Assembly: GCA_963711835.1 (NCBI GenBank)
Contig: CAVQFQ010000005.1
Location: forward strand, 160,001 to 224,000
DNA from: an uncultured delta proteobacterium
GTDB lineage: Bacteria; Desulfobacterota; RBG-13-43-22
Direction: 5' to 3'
DNA: 64,000 bases
The notes below the pieces were generated by a model. That model ran no database searches. It was not told the DNA's origin and worked only from the letters and a program-made list of their open reading frames with translations. Position numbers and translations under genes: made by a program. Positions 50,642-59,851 of this stretch are shown here, in pieces (position 1 is the stretch's first letter; every line of letters begins with the position of its first letter).

Positions 50642-52924
50642 GTGATCCCTAACCCGACTTACAAGAATCTGGAATCTCTTTTTTTCCCCAAGGCCGTGGC
50701 CGTCATCGGCGCTTCCAACCGCTTCGGCAAGTGGGGGTTCAATCTCTCGGCCACCCTGTTGACCTCCGGCTTTCGCGGTCCGGTTTATTTGATCAACCCC
50801 AAAGAAAAAAGGGTCCTGGGGCGCCGGGCCTTTTCCAATCTGAATGATTTACCCGGTCCGGCAGACTTGGCCGTCCTGGCCGTACCGGCGCTGCAGACCA
50901 TCCCGCTGATCGAAGAATGCGGCCGGATAGGCATTCCCAACGCCCTGGTGGTGGCTTCCAATTTTAAAGAGGTGGGCCGGGAAGGGGCCGAACTGGAACA
51001 ACAACTGGTCCAGGTTGCCCGGGACCACGGCCTTACCCTGGTTGGTCCCAACACCATGGGCATGGTCAGCACTCCGGTGGGCCTGGAAATCCTTTTCATG
51101 CCCTTGGGGGTCAAGGCCGGCCCGGTGGACGTGATCTCTCAATCCGGCAACATCGGTCTTCAGATCATGGAACTGGGGATGAAAGAGGGCCTGGGCTTCT
51201 GCCGCTTTGTAGGTTCAGGCAACGAGGCCCTCCTGGGAGTGGAGGATTATCTGGCCCACTTTGGAAGGGATCAGCACTCCCGGGTGATCGTACTTTATTT
51301 GGAATCGGTCCGCAACGGCGAACGCTTTTTTGAAGTCGCCCGGACCATCACGCCCCACAAACCTATCCTGGCCCTCAAAGCCGGTAAGACCGGCCAGGGG
51401 TCCCAGGCGGCCCGGTCCCACTCCGGTGCCGTGGCCCAATCTCCGAAACTCATTTCCGATCTCTTTAAACAGCTTGGTATTGTTGAAGCCGGCTCCACCG
51501 AAGAACTGATCGACCTGATGAAAACCTTCAGCCTGATCCATCCGCCCCGGGGGGACCGCCTGGCCGTGGTCAGCCTGGGAGGCGGATGGGGAGTGACCAC
51601 TACCGATGCTGCCGCCCTGAAGGGGTTAACCCTTCCCGCCCTCTCCCCGGCCTTGTTGGATCAATTAAATCCCCTATTGCCTCCCTTCTGGAGCCGCCAG
51701 AATCCCCTGGATCTGGCCGGGAGCACCAACCGACAGGCCCATCTCGAGGTGTTAAGGATCCTGACCGAGAGTGAGGAAATAGATGCGGTTGTCGCCCTGG
51801 GGATGCTGGCCGGTCTGAGAAAATCCTTCTCCCAACTAATCCACTGGAAAGGCCTGTTCGCCAAACTGATTCTTAAATCTCTTTTTCTCGGCTTGCTTGG
51901 ATTTCTGAAAAGGCCCCGAAGAAAGAAGACCGATGCCCTGCAAAAAACCGCCGGTCCCTCGAAAAAAGGGGGCTTTCGAATCAGGGATTTTCAGCTTTGG
52001 CGGGACTCCCATTTTATGGACCGGGTTCGAGGGCTTATGAAGACCAGCGGAAAACCCATCCTGTTGGTGACCTTCCTGCCCGGGTTGGCCGTCAGGATGA
52101 CCCGGCGCTTTCATCAACCCATCTTCGGCAATCCGGAACGGGCGGTGGAGGCTATGAGCGGCCTTATGCAGTACGGCCGCTTTTTAAACGATTGGGGCCA
52201 GGGATCGCTTCAACCGGGCTCCCTCGTTTCCCGGAAGGAGACCCTACCTGAATTTTCAGACGACCTTTCTTCTCTGGATGAATTTCAAGGAAAAAAAATT
52301 CTGGCCCACTATGGTATCCCGACGGTCAGGGAGGGAATCGCTGCCCATCGGACCGAAGCCCTCAGGTTGACTGGAGAAATCGGATATCCGGTGGCCCTGA
52401 AAATCCATTCCCCGAATATGCTCCATAAAACCGATCTGGGAGGGGTCATTCTTAACATCAGTCACGAAGAAGGATTAATTCAATCTATCAGTGCCTTGGA
52501 GGCCAAATTTCCTGAATTACATGATCCTACCGGCAGAGCCGGATTCCTGATTCAGGAGATGGTAACTGAAGGGGTAGAGGTTTTGCTGGGCATGACCTCC
52601 GATCCGCAATTCGGACCGCTCCTGGTTTTAGGATTGGGCGGTATTATGGTCGAGGTCCTGAAGGATGTTGTTTTTGCCAAGCCGCCGGTGACCCGACTTC
52701 AGGCCGAACGCCTCTGGACTTCCTTGAAGGGTGCCGCCCTCCTTTCCGGATTCCGTGGACGCCCCCCGGCCGACCTCCAGGCTCTCATTGAAGCGACTAT
52801 TAATTTTTCTTATTTAATTGATGAGTTGCAATATAAATTTAAAGAAATAGATGTGAATCCATTAATGGTTCTAAGCCCAGGGAAAGGGGTCAAAGCCCTT
52901 GATGCCCTATTTATTAAAAAATAA
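50642..52924 (+). CDS. ADP-forming acyl-CoA synthetase (acetate--CoA ligase family)
   Basis: VAVIGAS, VGPNTMG, SQSG, SHSGA, NPLDL, YPVALK..S...HKTD.GGV, DVNPL. Confidence 0.92.
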   Translation: MIPNPTYKNLESLFFPKAVAVIGASNRFGKWGFNLSATLLTSGFRGPVYLINPKEKRVLGRRAFSNLNDLPGPADLAVLAVPALQTIPLIEECGRIGIPNALVVASNFKEVGREGAELEQQLVQVARDHGLTLVGPNTMGMVSTPVGLEILFMPLGVKAGPVDVISQSGNIGLQIMELGMKEGLGFCRFVGSGNEALLGVEDYLAHFGRDQHSRVIVLYLESVRNGERFFEVARTITPHKPILALKAGKTGQGSQAARSHSGAVAQSPKLISDLFKQLGIVEAGSTEELIDLMKTFSLIHPPRGDRLAVVSLGGGWGVTTTDAAALKGLTLPALSPALLDQLNPLLPPFWSRQNPLDLAGSTNRQAHLEVLRILTESEEIDAVVALGMLAGLRKSFSQLIHWKGLFAKLILKSLFLGLLGFLKRPRRKKTDALQKTAGPSKKGGFRIRDFQLWRDSHFMDRVRGLMKTSGKPILLVTFLPGLAVRMTRRFHQPIFGNPERAVEAMSGLMQYGRFLNDWGQGSLQPGSLVSRKETLPEFSDDLSSLDEFQGKKILAHYGIPTVREGIAAHRTEALRLTGEIGYPVALKIHSPNMLHKTDLGGVILNISHEEGLIQSISALEAKFPELHDPTGRAGFLIQEMVTEGVEVLLGMTSDPQFGPLLVLGLGGIMVEVLKDVVFAKPPVTRLQAERLWTSLKGAALLSGFRGRPPADLQALIEATINFSYLIDELQYKFKEIDVNPLMVLSPGKGVKALDALFIKK

Positions 52925-52925
52925 G

Positions 52926-53040
52926 GATCATTTCCAATGTTAGTTAGAGATGATCCCGGGTGCAAGATTCGAAGGTTCAAGGGTAATGCTCAAAAACTAT
53001 AAAGAGTTGAAGATTTAGGAGAGGATTTATCCGCTATGTT
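52926..53040 (+). repeat. hairpin + octamer repeats + dead four-helix-bundle gene start (H2)
   Basis: gatcatttccaa..tagagatgatc; gattcgaaggttcaaggg; MLKNYKELKI*ERIYPLC. Confidence 0.7.
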
Positions 53041-53105
53041 TTTATGTTTAATAAATTACAATATGATTTAAATATAATATATAGTAATAGTAAAGTATAA
53101 CTTTA

Positions 53106-54653
53106 ATGAAAAAACAGCCTAACTGTCTGGTTCTCTCCCTTATCATTGTATTAGTTTTTTTTAATATAACCTGGGCTGGGGAGGAGTTCCAGCTCCGGAT
53201 TCTTTATCTGAATGACTTCCATGGTTTTGCCGAACCCCAGCAAGCCCTGGGAAAGGAGGGATTGGCGGGCGGCATCGCTTCGCTGGCCGGGGAAGTTAAT
53301 CGCCTGCGCCAGGGCCAACCCACCCTCCTGCTGGCCGCCGGCGACATGATCCAGGGGAATCCCTGGGCCAACCTCTTTCAGGGCGAATCGACGATCGATA
53401 TAATGAATGCCATGGGGTTTACGGCCATGACTTTGGGAAACCATGAGTTTGACTTCGGGCAGGAAGTCCTTCAAAAACGGATCTCCCAAGCCCAATTTCC
53501 AATACTAACAGCCAACCTGAGTCCCTTCCCCGGGCTAAAACCTTATATAATAAAAAATATGGCCGGCTTCAAGATTGCCATTATAGGTCTGGTCACTGAA
53601 GATACCCCGGTGGCCACCCATCCCAAGAATGTTGAAGGGCTTCATTTTACCCCGGCCATCGAAACCACCCGGAAAATCCTCCAGGAATTGGGCGACACCC
53701 CGGATTTGATCCTGGTCCTGTCCCACCTCGGGCTGCCGGCGGATCGACGCCTGGCCCAGATGGTCAAGGGGATCCAGGTCATTGTCGGAGGCCATACCCA
53801 CACCCGGATTGAAAAACCTCTGCAGGTCAACGAGACCCTGATCGTCCAGGCCTGGGAACATGCCAAGGTGCTGGGAGTCCTCGATTTAACCCTGAAGGAT
53901 CGTGCCCTGACCCGGGCTCAGGGGAAGCTGATCCCCATTTCTCCCGACCCGGGAAAGACGACCCTCAGGTGACCGCCCTGGTTGATCACTATCGGAAGCA
54001 AGCCTCCCGAGTCCTGGATGAAGTCATCGGCCGGGCCGAGGTGGACCTGCAGGGAAAGGGATCCCGCCGCCGGGAAACCAATCTGGGAAATTTTTTAGCC
54101 GACATCCTGAGAAAAGAAGGCCAGGCGGATGTGGCCCTGATCAATGGCGGGGGAATTCGAGCCGATATCTCCCAAGGGCCGATTCGGATGAAGGACCTCT
54201 ATTCGGTTCTCCCCTTTCGCAATCACCTGGTGGTCATCAACCTTACCGGTAAAGAGCTCCAGGAAGTTTTAGAATATGGGCTTTCCGACTTAAGCGGGGA
54301 GGGCGGGCAATTCCCTCAGCTTTCGGGAATCCGGGTGACCTATGACCCGGCGGAGCCGGTCGGCCGGAGGGTCAAAACGGTTTGGATCAGGGAGCAACCC
54401 CTGGTCCCGGATACCCGCTATCAATTGGCCACCCTTGATTTTTTGCTGGCCGGCGGTGACGGATATTCCGTTTTTACAAAAATGGTCCGGGAGGATTCCG
54501 CTTATCCGGATTCTCAGAGAGTTGACCTCAAGCGCGGCCGTGTGGTCCTCTTCGATTCCGGAAGGGACCTGCGCGATATCGTCATTCAATCGACTTAGAG
54601 GACAGGAAAAGATCGCCCCGGCTCTGGAAGGTCGTCTACAACCTATAAAATAA
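53106..54653 (+). CDS. 5'-nucleotidase / bifunctional metallophosphatase (two frameshifts)
   Basis: NDFHG, AGD, GNHEFD, SHLG, GGHTH | ETNLGN, NGGGIR, PFRN, GGDGY. Confidence 0.9.
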
Positions 54654-54656
54654 ATT

Positions 54657-54976
54657 AGTATCGTTCAAAAGTTGAGGCACTGGTGCATTATGGCCTGACT
54701 GGGGACCGGGGGTCTCGATTTCAAGGCTTGTCCAAAGGGTGATCCTTCCCGCCAATCCGGCCCAGATTTCTAAGGTTGGTTTAGAGCCGGGCATTCATCC
54801 AACCGAACAAACAGCTTCGGTGTAGGCCTACTTAAGGCATTATCGTCAACCTTCCAGTCCCGCTAAAAGCGGGATTTCAAGGTGAGGAGTTTATGGTGGA
54901 CAACCTTGAAATCGAGACCCCCGGTCCCCTTCCATCGGGTATCAGAACTATAATGCCCAAACTTTTGAACGATACC
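54657..54976. mobile_element. MITE family B, copy 2 (opposite orientation to copy 1)
   Basis: TIR agtatcgttcaaaagtt / aacttttgaacgatacc; perfect 8-bp TSD AATAAATT; 320 bp. Confidence 0.9.
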
Positions 54977-55003
54977 AATAAATTTCCGATTTGGAGGTAA
55001 CCC

Positions 55004-55193
55004 ATGCGCGTCTGGATCAATGAGCAGGCGATAGATCTGATCCCCGGCATGACCGTCCGCCAGGCCCTTTTGCAGGCCGGCCTCTGGCAGGAAATTGAAA
55101 AAGGGGCCATAGTGCTGGATGAAATGGGGAACGAGGTTGGAATGGATGGGGCACTGGAAGACCAGATGCGTTTGGCCATCAAGGTATCCCTGA
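55004..55193 (+). CDS. small beta-grasp (ThiS-like) hypothetical protein
   Basis: MRVWINEQ.IDL.PGMTVRQAL...D..GNEVG.DGAL; GGAGGT RBS; true stop uncertain. Confidence 0.5.
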
Positions 55194-55309
55194 GAGGCCT
55201 TACTATAACCGTAAAACCCATAATTTTTTTTGCAGTTGACTTCTTTCCCGCCAGCCCTCAAAATAACCTTCAAAAAGGCAGGATACAATTCCAGAAGGGA
55301 GGAAAGGTT

Positions 55310-55711
55310 ATGAAAAAAGGGATTGTTCTATTTACTTTCATCGCATTTTTGTTCGGTCTGGGCCTTTGTATAAAGGCTGTCAAGGCGGATTCAAAAAAAT
55401 CGCCTCTCAGCGGCATGATGGTGGCTGATAAAAAAGAAAAAAAGGAACTGGAATCAAAGGAAGAGGCCTTGAAAAGTAAGGAAGAACTCCTAAAAAAGTG
55501 GGAAGAGTCTTTGAAGAAGAAGGAAGAGGACCTCAAGGCTTGGGAAGCCCGGTTAAAGAGAAGGGCAGCTCAACGAAGGGCAGCCCCGGGCGGACCCGGT
55601 GCCCCTCAGGGTTTGGCTTCTCCACAAGCACCTGGTGCACCTGGATCTCCCGGCCAGCCGGGTACACCCCCCGGTACCGTTCCCCAAACCGGAACGCCGG
55701 TCAGAAGATAA
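55310..55711 (+). CDS. secreted coiled-coil, Pro-rich hypothetical protein
   Basis: Own RBS, signal peptide MKKGIVLF..., KEE repeats. Confidence 0.7.
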   Translation: MKKGIVLFTFIAFLFGLGLCIKAVKADSKKSPLSGMMVADKKEKKELESKEEALKSKEELLKKWEESLKKKEEDLKAWEARLKRRAAQRRAAPGGPGAPQGLASPQAPGAPGSPGQPGTPPGTVPQTGTPVRR

Positions 55712-55732
55712 CGTCTCTTTTGTAAAAACCTT

Positions 55733-55779
55733 CAGGCCTCGCTTGCCCGCATAATTGGTAAGACGAGGCCTGTTTTTTT
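55733..55779 (+). terminator. intrinsic terminator
   Basis: caggcctcg.cttgcc...ggtaagacgaggcctg followed by T7, between convergent genes. Confidence 0.7.
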
Positions 55780-55790
55780 CCGGATGAACC

Positions 55791-56513
55791 TTATTTAGGA
55801 CCAAAGGAAGGTGTGATTTCCGGTTTCGCAGGAGGAGGCGGCACCTTTTTTGGTGCAGCCTTCTTGACTGGTTTTGAGGTAACCTCCGAATCCGGCGGCG
55901 GTTCATTGTGAATGACCATGAGGGTATTGGGTATTTTCAAAATCTCTCCCCCCTTTAAACGGAAGGCCTGGGATCCCGGATTGTAGCGGGCGATCTCCTG
56001 CCAGCGCGAAGCATCCCCTGAATACCATTGACTTATGGTGGCCAGGCTTTCTCCGGCCTTCACCTGGTGGGTCAAAAAATCAAGCAGCGGCAACGGAATG
56101 GAGGACACTTTGTTAAATTCCTCTTCTAAAACCGGGTCGGGCTGGTAATTTCCAGGAGGGCTGATCAAAGTCAGCGACGCTTCAATGTACCCGGTGGAAA
56201 CCGCTTCCAGTGTAAACGGTGTTCCCCGGGCATAACTGGCCTTGGGGCCTTGGCTGTAGCGGACATAATATTTATAGGTTCCAGCCGGCAGGAGGATCGT
56301 CCTTTCACTCTCTTTTATCAGCTCGACCACCCCGCTCTTGGGGCCGACAATTTTTACCAGGGCCTCTTCTCCTGAATTGTTGACCAGGGTCATCATATTT
56401 TTTTGCGCCCCCCGTCCTGAGTCGGGAAGGGAAAAAAGAAAGAAAACCCCCAGGCACAGAACCGGAATTTTTTTCTCAGTAAAAAGGAGGGCTGTTCTCA
56501 TTATTTCGTTCAT
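55791..56513 (-). CDS. LysM domain protein
   Basis: HQVKAGESLATISQWYSGD..RW.EIA..N......L..G..LKIP. Confidence 0.85.
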   Translation of the reverse strand: MNEIMRTALLFTEKKIPVLCLGVFFLFSLPDSGRGAQKNMMTLVNNSGEEALVKIVGPKSGVVELIKESERTILLPAGTYKYYVRYSQGPKASYARGTPFTLEAVSTGYIEASLTLISPPGNYQPDPVLEEEFNKVSSIPLPLLDFLTHQVKAGESLATISQWYSGDASRWQEIARYNPGSQAFRLKGGEILKIPNTLMVIHNEPPPDSEVTSKPVKKAAPKKVPPPPAKPEITPSFGPK

Positions 56514-56682
56514 CGGAATTTATGCCTCTTGCCTCTGATCAGGATGCTCCGGATTATCTCAAATTCAGGGAAAGAATACAAGAGGGGAATCCTGTTGACG
56601 GATTGCGACCGTTGCGTTTAAAATCATAAAGGGTTTTAGATCCGTGCCCGGTTTTATTAATGATCAGGAAGAAGGAAGAAAC

Positions 56683-58338
56683 ATGATAGAGCCTTTAGAC
56701 GAAAATCCCGAATCGACCATCCAAACCTCCTCCGGCAATCCGGCTGAACCCGCTGCGGAAACAGAGGTGAGCTTTGCCGAATTATTCGAGGCCGCTGCCG
56801 CCCGGCCCGGCGACCAACCCCTTCAACCCGGGGATCGGGTGCAGGGAACCGTTGTGTTAATTAATGCAGATACTGTTTTTATCGACTACGGGGCCAAATC
56901 CGAAGGTTGGGCCGAATTGAAGGAATTCCAGGATAAAACAGGGGCCGTTACGGTCAAGGCCGGAGATACCGTAGAGCTGACCTTTATCGAACCGGGTCCA
57001 TCGGGCGCCCATCTGGGGACCTGCCTGCGGCGGACTTCCAGGGATGCCGGCTTCGACCTTTTACGAACCGCCTTTGAATCCGGCGTTTCCGTTGAGGGCA
57101 GGGTCACGGGCACCAACAAGGGAGGTTTTGAGGTGGCCGTCTCGGGTTTCTCGGCTTTTTGCCCCTTTTCCCAGATGGATACCACCTATTGCGATCACCC
57201 GGAGGAATTTATCGGGAGCAGCTCCAAATTCAAAGTCCTCCGGCTGGAAGAGGACCGGAAAACCGTGATTCTCTCCAGGCGGGCGATCCTGCAGGAGGAA
57301 CAGCGCCTCCTGGCCTCCGAGACCCGTGAACACCTGGCCATAGGCGAGGAATTTCTGGGTCGGGTGACGCGCCTGACCTCTTTCGGGGCCTTTGTGGATA
57401 TCGGAGGCTTGGAAGGTTTGGTCCACATCTCCGAGATTTCCCGCTCTCAGGTAAGCGATCCGGCCCAGGTCCTGACCGTCGGTCAGGAGGTCCGGGTTCG
57501 AGTGGTTCTGTTGGATCCGGGAGAAAAGGGCAAGGAACGTATCGGCCTGTCCATGAAGGCTCTTGAACCCGATCCCTGGGATCAGGGACTGGGGTTTTCC
57601 GAGGGCGACATCGTCACTGGAAAAGTCAGGACCCTGGCCACCTTCGGAGCCTTTGTGGAAATTTGCCCCGGGCTGGAAGGTCTGGTTCATGTCTCCGAGA
57701 TCTCACCGAAACGTATCACCCATCCCAAAGAAAAGCTGGTTGAGGGCCAGTCCGTCGAGGTCAAGGTCCTGGAGATCAATCCCGCACAGCGAAGGATATC
57801 GCTTTCGATTCGGGAGGTGCTCGCTTTATCCGAGGCCGGCCGATTGGAAATGGAAACGATTCGAACCGGAGAGGTGATTCGAAGAAGAATGATAAGCAGT
57901 CCTCTGCCGGATCCTTCCCAAGGAGAAACGGAAGAGGTTCAGCCGGATTCCCGTCCCGGCGAACCGCCTCTGCCGCTGGGAATCGGACGCCCGGCCAAAC
58001 CGATGGTCGGCCTGGTCTCTAAAGGGATTATCCGGTCCGTAAAGCCCTATGGTTTCTTTGTCGATTTGCCCGATCTGGGTTCCCACCAAAGCGGGCTGCT
58101 TCACAAGAGCCAGTTTTCAGCCGCTGAAACAGGTTCGCCCGCCAAAGGGCTCAAGGAAGGGGATGAGATCGAAGTCGAAATCATCGGCATCGACGAACAG
58201 GGGAAAATATCCCTTTCCCGAAAATCGATTTTGATGAACCGGGAAAAGGCTGAACTTCATGATTACCGCGATCAGATCAGGGAAAAGGGCACCCTGGGGA
58301 CCATGGCTGATTTATTTAAGAAATTTAACAAGAAATAA
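56683..58338 (+). CDS. S1 RNA-binding domain protein (ribosomal protein S1-like)
   Basis: Repeated FGAFV....EGLVHISE S1 domains; SFAELFE N-terminus; LGTMADL tail. Confidence 0.9.
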   Translation: MIEPLDENPESTIQTSSGNPAEPAAETEVSFAELFEAAAARPGDQPLQPGDRVQGTVVLINADTVFIDYGAKSEGWAELKEFQDKTGAVTVKAGDTVELTFIEPGPSGAHLGTCLRRTSRDAGFDLLRTAFESGVSVEGRVTGTNKGGFEVAVSGFSAFCPFSQMDTTYCDHPEEFIGSSSKFKVLRLEEDRKTVILSRRAILQEEQRLLASETREHLAIGEEFLGRVTRLTSFGAFVDIGGLEGLVHISEISRSQVSDPAQVLTVGQEVRVRVVLLDPGEKGKERIGLSMKALEPDPWDQGLGFSEGDIVTGKVRTLATFGAFVEICPGLEGLVHVSEISPKRITHPKEKLVEGQSVEVKVLEINPAQRRISLSIREVLALSEAGRLEMETIRTGEVIRRRMISSPLPDPSQGETEEVQPDSRPGEPPLPLGIGRPAKPMVGLVSKGIIRSVKPYGFFVDLPDLGSHQSGLLHKSQFSAAETGSPAKGLKEGDEIEVEIIGIDEQGKISLSRKSILMNREKAELHDYRDQIREKGTLGTMADLFKKFNKK

Positions 58339-58368
58339 TTTTTTGGTATTCGTACAACAGCCGGAGGG

Positions 58369-58692
58369 ATGAGCATGACTTTAATGGAATTTTCTATGAT
58401 TCCCCTCGATAAAGGGGCCAGCTTTAGTGAATACGTAGCTCGGATTTTAAAGATAGTGGACGAAAGCGGTCTGGATTACCAGTTGAATCCTATGGGAACG
58501 GTGGTGGAAGGGAGAATGGGATGATCTGCTGGCCCTTCTCAGCCGCTGTTTCCAGGAACTGAAAAAAGATTCCCAGCGGATCAGCCTGACCGTTAAATTC
58601 GACTACCGCAAAGGCCCGGGGGGTAGAATCAAATCCAAGGTCAAAAGCGTCCAGGAAAAGGCCGGAGCGTCCTAACGATCAAAACTTCTTAA
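58369..58692 (+). CDS. MTH1187/YkoF thiamine-binding family protein (frameshifted)
   Basis: Not in the ORF track: EFSMIPLDKG.S.S.YVA....SGL.Y.L.PMGTVVEG | EWDDLL...RIS...K.DYR....RI.SKV.SV. Confidence 0.85.
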
Positions 58693-58703
58693 GGAGGGTG
58701 AAA

Positions 58704-59185
58704 ATGCAGGTACTGGTGCTCTATTTTTCCAAGGGCGGCAACACCCGAAAACTGGCGGAATATGTGGCCGAAGGGGTCAATTGCGTTTCAGGGGTAAAAG
58801 CCGTCCTGAAAACCACCCAGGAAGTCACCAAGGAGGACTTCGTCAATTCAGCCGGTATCATTGCCGGATCGCCGGTCTATTTCGGGGTCATGGCCTGGGA
58901 ATTGAAAAAAATCATGGATGACTTTGTGGGGATTCGGAAAAAGATGGAAAACAAGGTCGGGGCGGCCTTTGCCACCTCCGGGGATCCTTCCGGGGGCAAA
59001 GAAACGACGATGATGTCCATCATCCAGGCCCTGCTTATCTACGGCATGGTGATTGTAGGCGATCCTATGTCCGCCACCGGCCATTTTGGGGTAGCCTGTG
59101 TGGTGCTCCGGATGAAAGGACCGCCGATCACGCTCGTAAATTGGGGAAACGGGTAGCCCAACTTTGCCTGAAGCTGGGGTCTTAA
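58704..59185 (+). CDS. flavodoxin/WrbA-like NAD(P)H oxidoreductase (frameshift near 59100)
   Basis: YFSKGGNT, GSPVYFG, GAAFATSG...GGKETT; shifted tail GAPDE....LGKRVA. Confidence 0.88.
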
Positions 59186-59230
59186 CCAACAAGCTTTATA
59201 AAACACCCCCCTTCCCCCATATAAAATATT

Positions 59231-59680
59231 CTAATCCACCTCTGCCGGGGTTTGGCATTGCCGGCAGCGTTTGGCGCCGCGAAAGAGGGCATACCCGCAC
59301 TGAGGGCATTGATAGCGCTTTTCTTCGGCTTCGACCCAGGCCTCGGTCCCTAACTCCCTCCAGGCTGGGATGGCCCTGAGTATGACTTTTTTCCCTACCG
59401 GTATGGGGAATTGGTCAATGGCCGCACAGGGAAAATCGGCGCACTGGTGGCAGCCCTCATAGCCCCTCTCGCGGGTACAAGATTTGATGCTGCAGACCCG
59501 GCAAAATTCGAAAGGCCGTTCGGACATACAGCCCTCGCAACTGATTTTTTCAGGTGGCAGATTATAGACTCCGGATAACTTTTCTTTGAACTTCTCGTTG
59601 CCGTCCCGCGTAGCCAAGAGGATCCCGCAAACCCCGCAATAAAGCCCGCAGGGGGCCAGCCATTCCTTTTTGATCTCCAT
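59231..59680 (-). CDS. DUF3795 Cys-rich protein
   Basis: APCGLYCGVC, CEGC, C..C.IKSC, CHQC..FPC, CPQCG, CRQC. Confidence 0.88.
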   Translation of the reverse strand: MEIKKEWLAPCGLYCGVCGILLATRDGNEKFKEKLSGVYNLPPEKISCEGCMSERPFEFCRVCSIKSCTRERGYEGCHQCADFPCAAIDQFPIPVGKKVILRAIPAWRELGTEAWVEAEEKRYQCPQCGYALFRGAKRCRQCQTPAEVD

Positions 59681-59851
59681 TTGTCAACCTCCAGGATCTG
59701 AAGATATTTTCATTTTCAAATACAGATATACTATAAAACTGCCGGTCCCGGTCAAAAAAAATAGCGGCTCCCTCGACCTCAAACATATTTTTGACAGGCT
59801 TTGGTCCTGATGGTATATCAATAACATTCATCAATCATTCAGGAGGCAACC

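Noticed and set aside
42585-53040. Diversity-generating retroelement suggested by Avd-like gene remnants
   Set aside because: There is no reverse transcriptase and no TR/VR pair differing at adenines in the window.
55004-55711. Single 235-aa ThiS-like/coiled-coil fusion protein
   Set aside because: An internal promoter-like stretch, a second RBS and a signal peptide at 55310 indicate two genes; the first stop was probably lost to an indel.
34849-59185. Programmed frameshifting or selenocysteine readthrough explaining the split genes
   Set aside because: The breaks are frame changes at unrelated sequence contexts without slippery heptamers, and no in-frame TGA lies at a catalytic Cys position.
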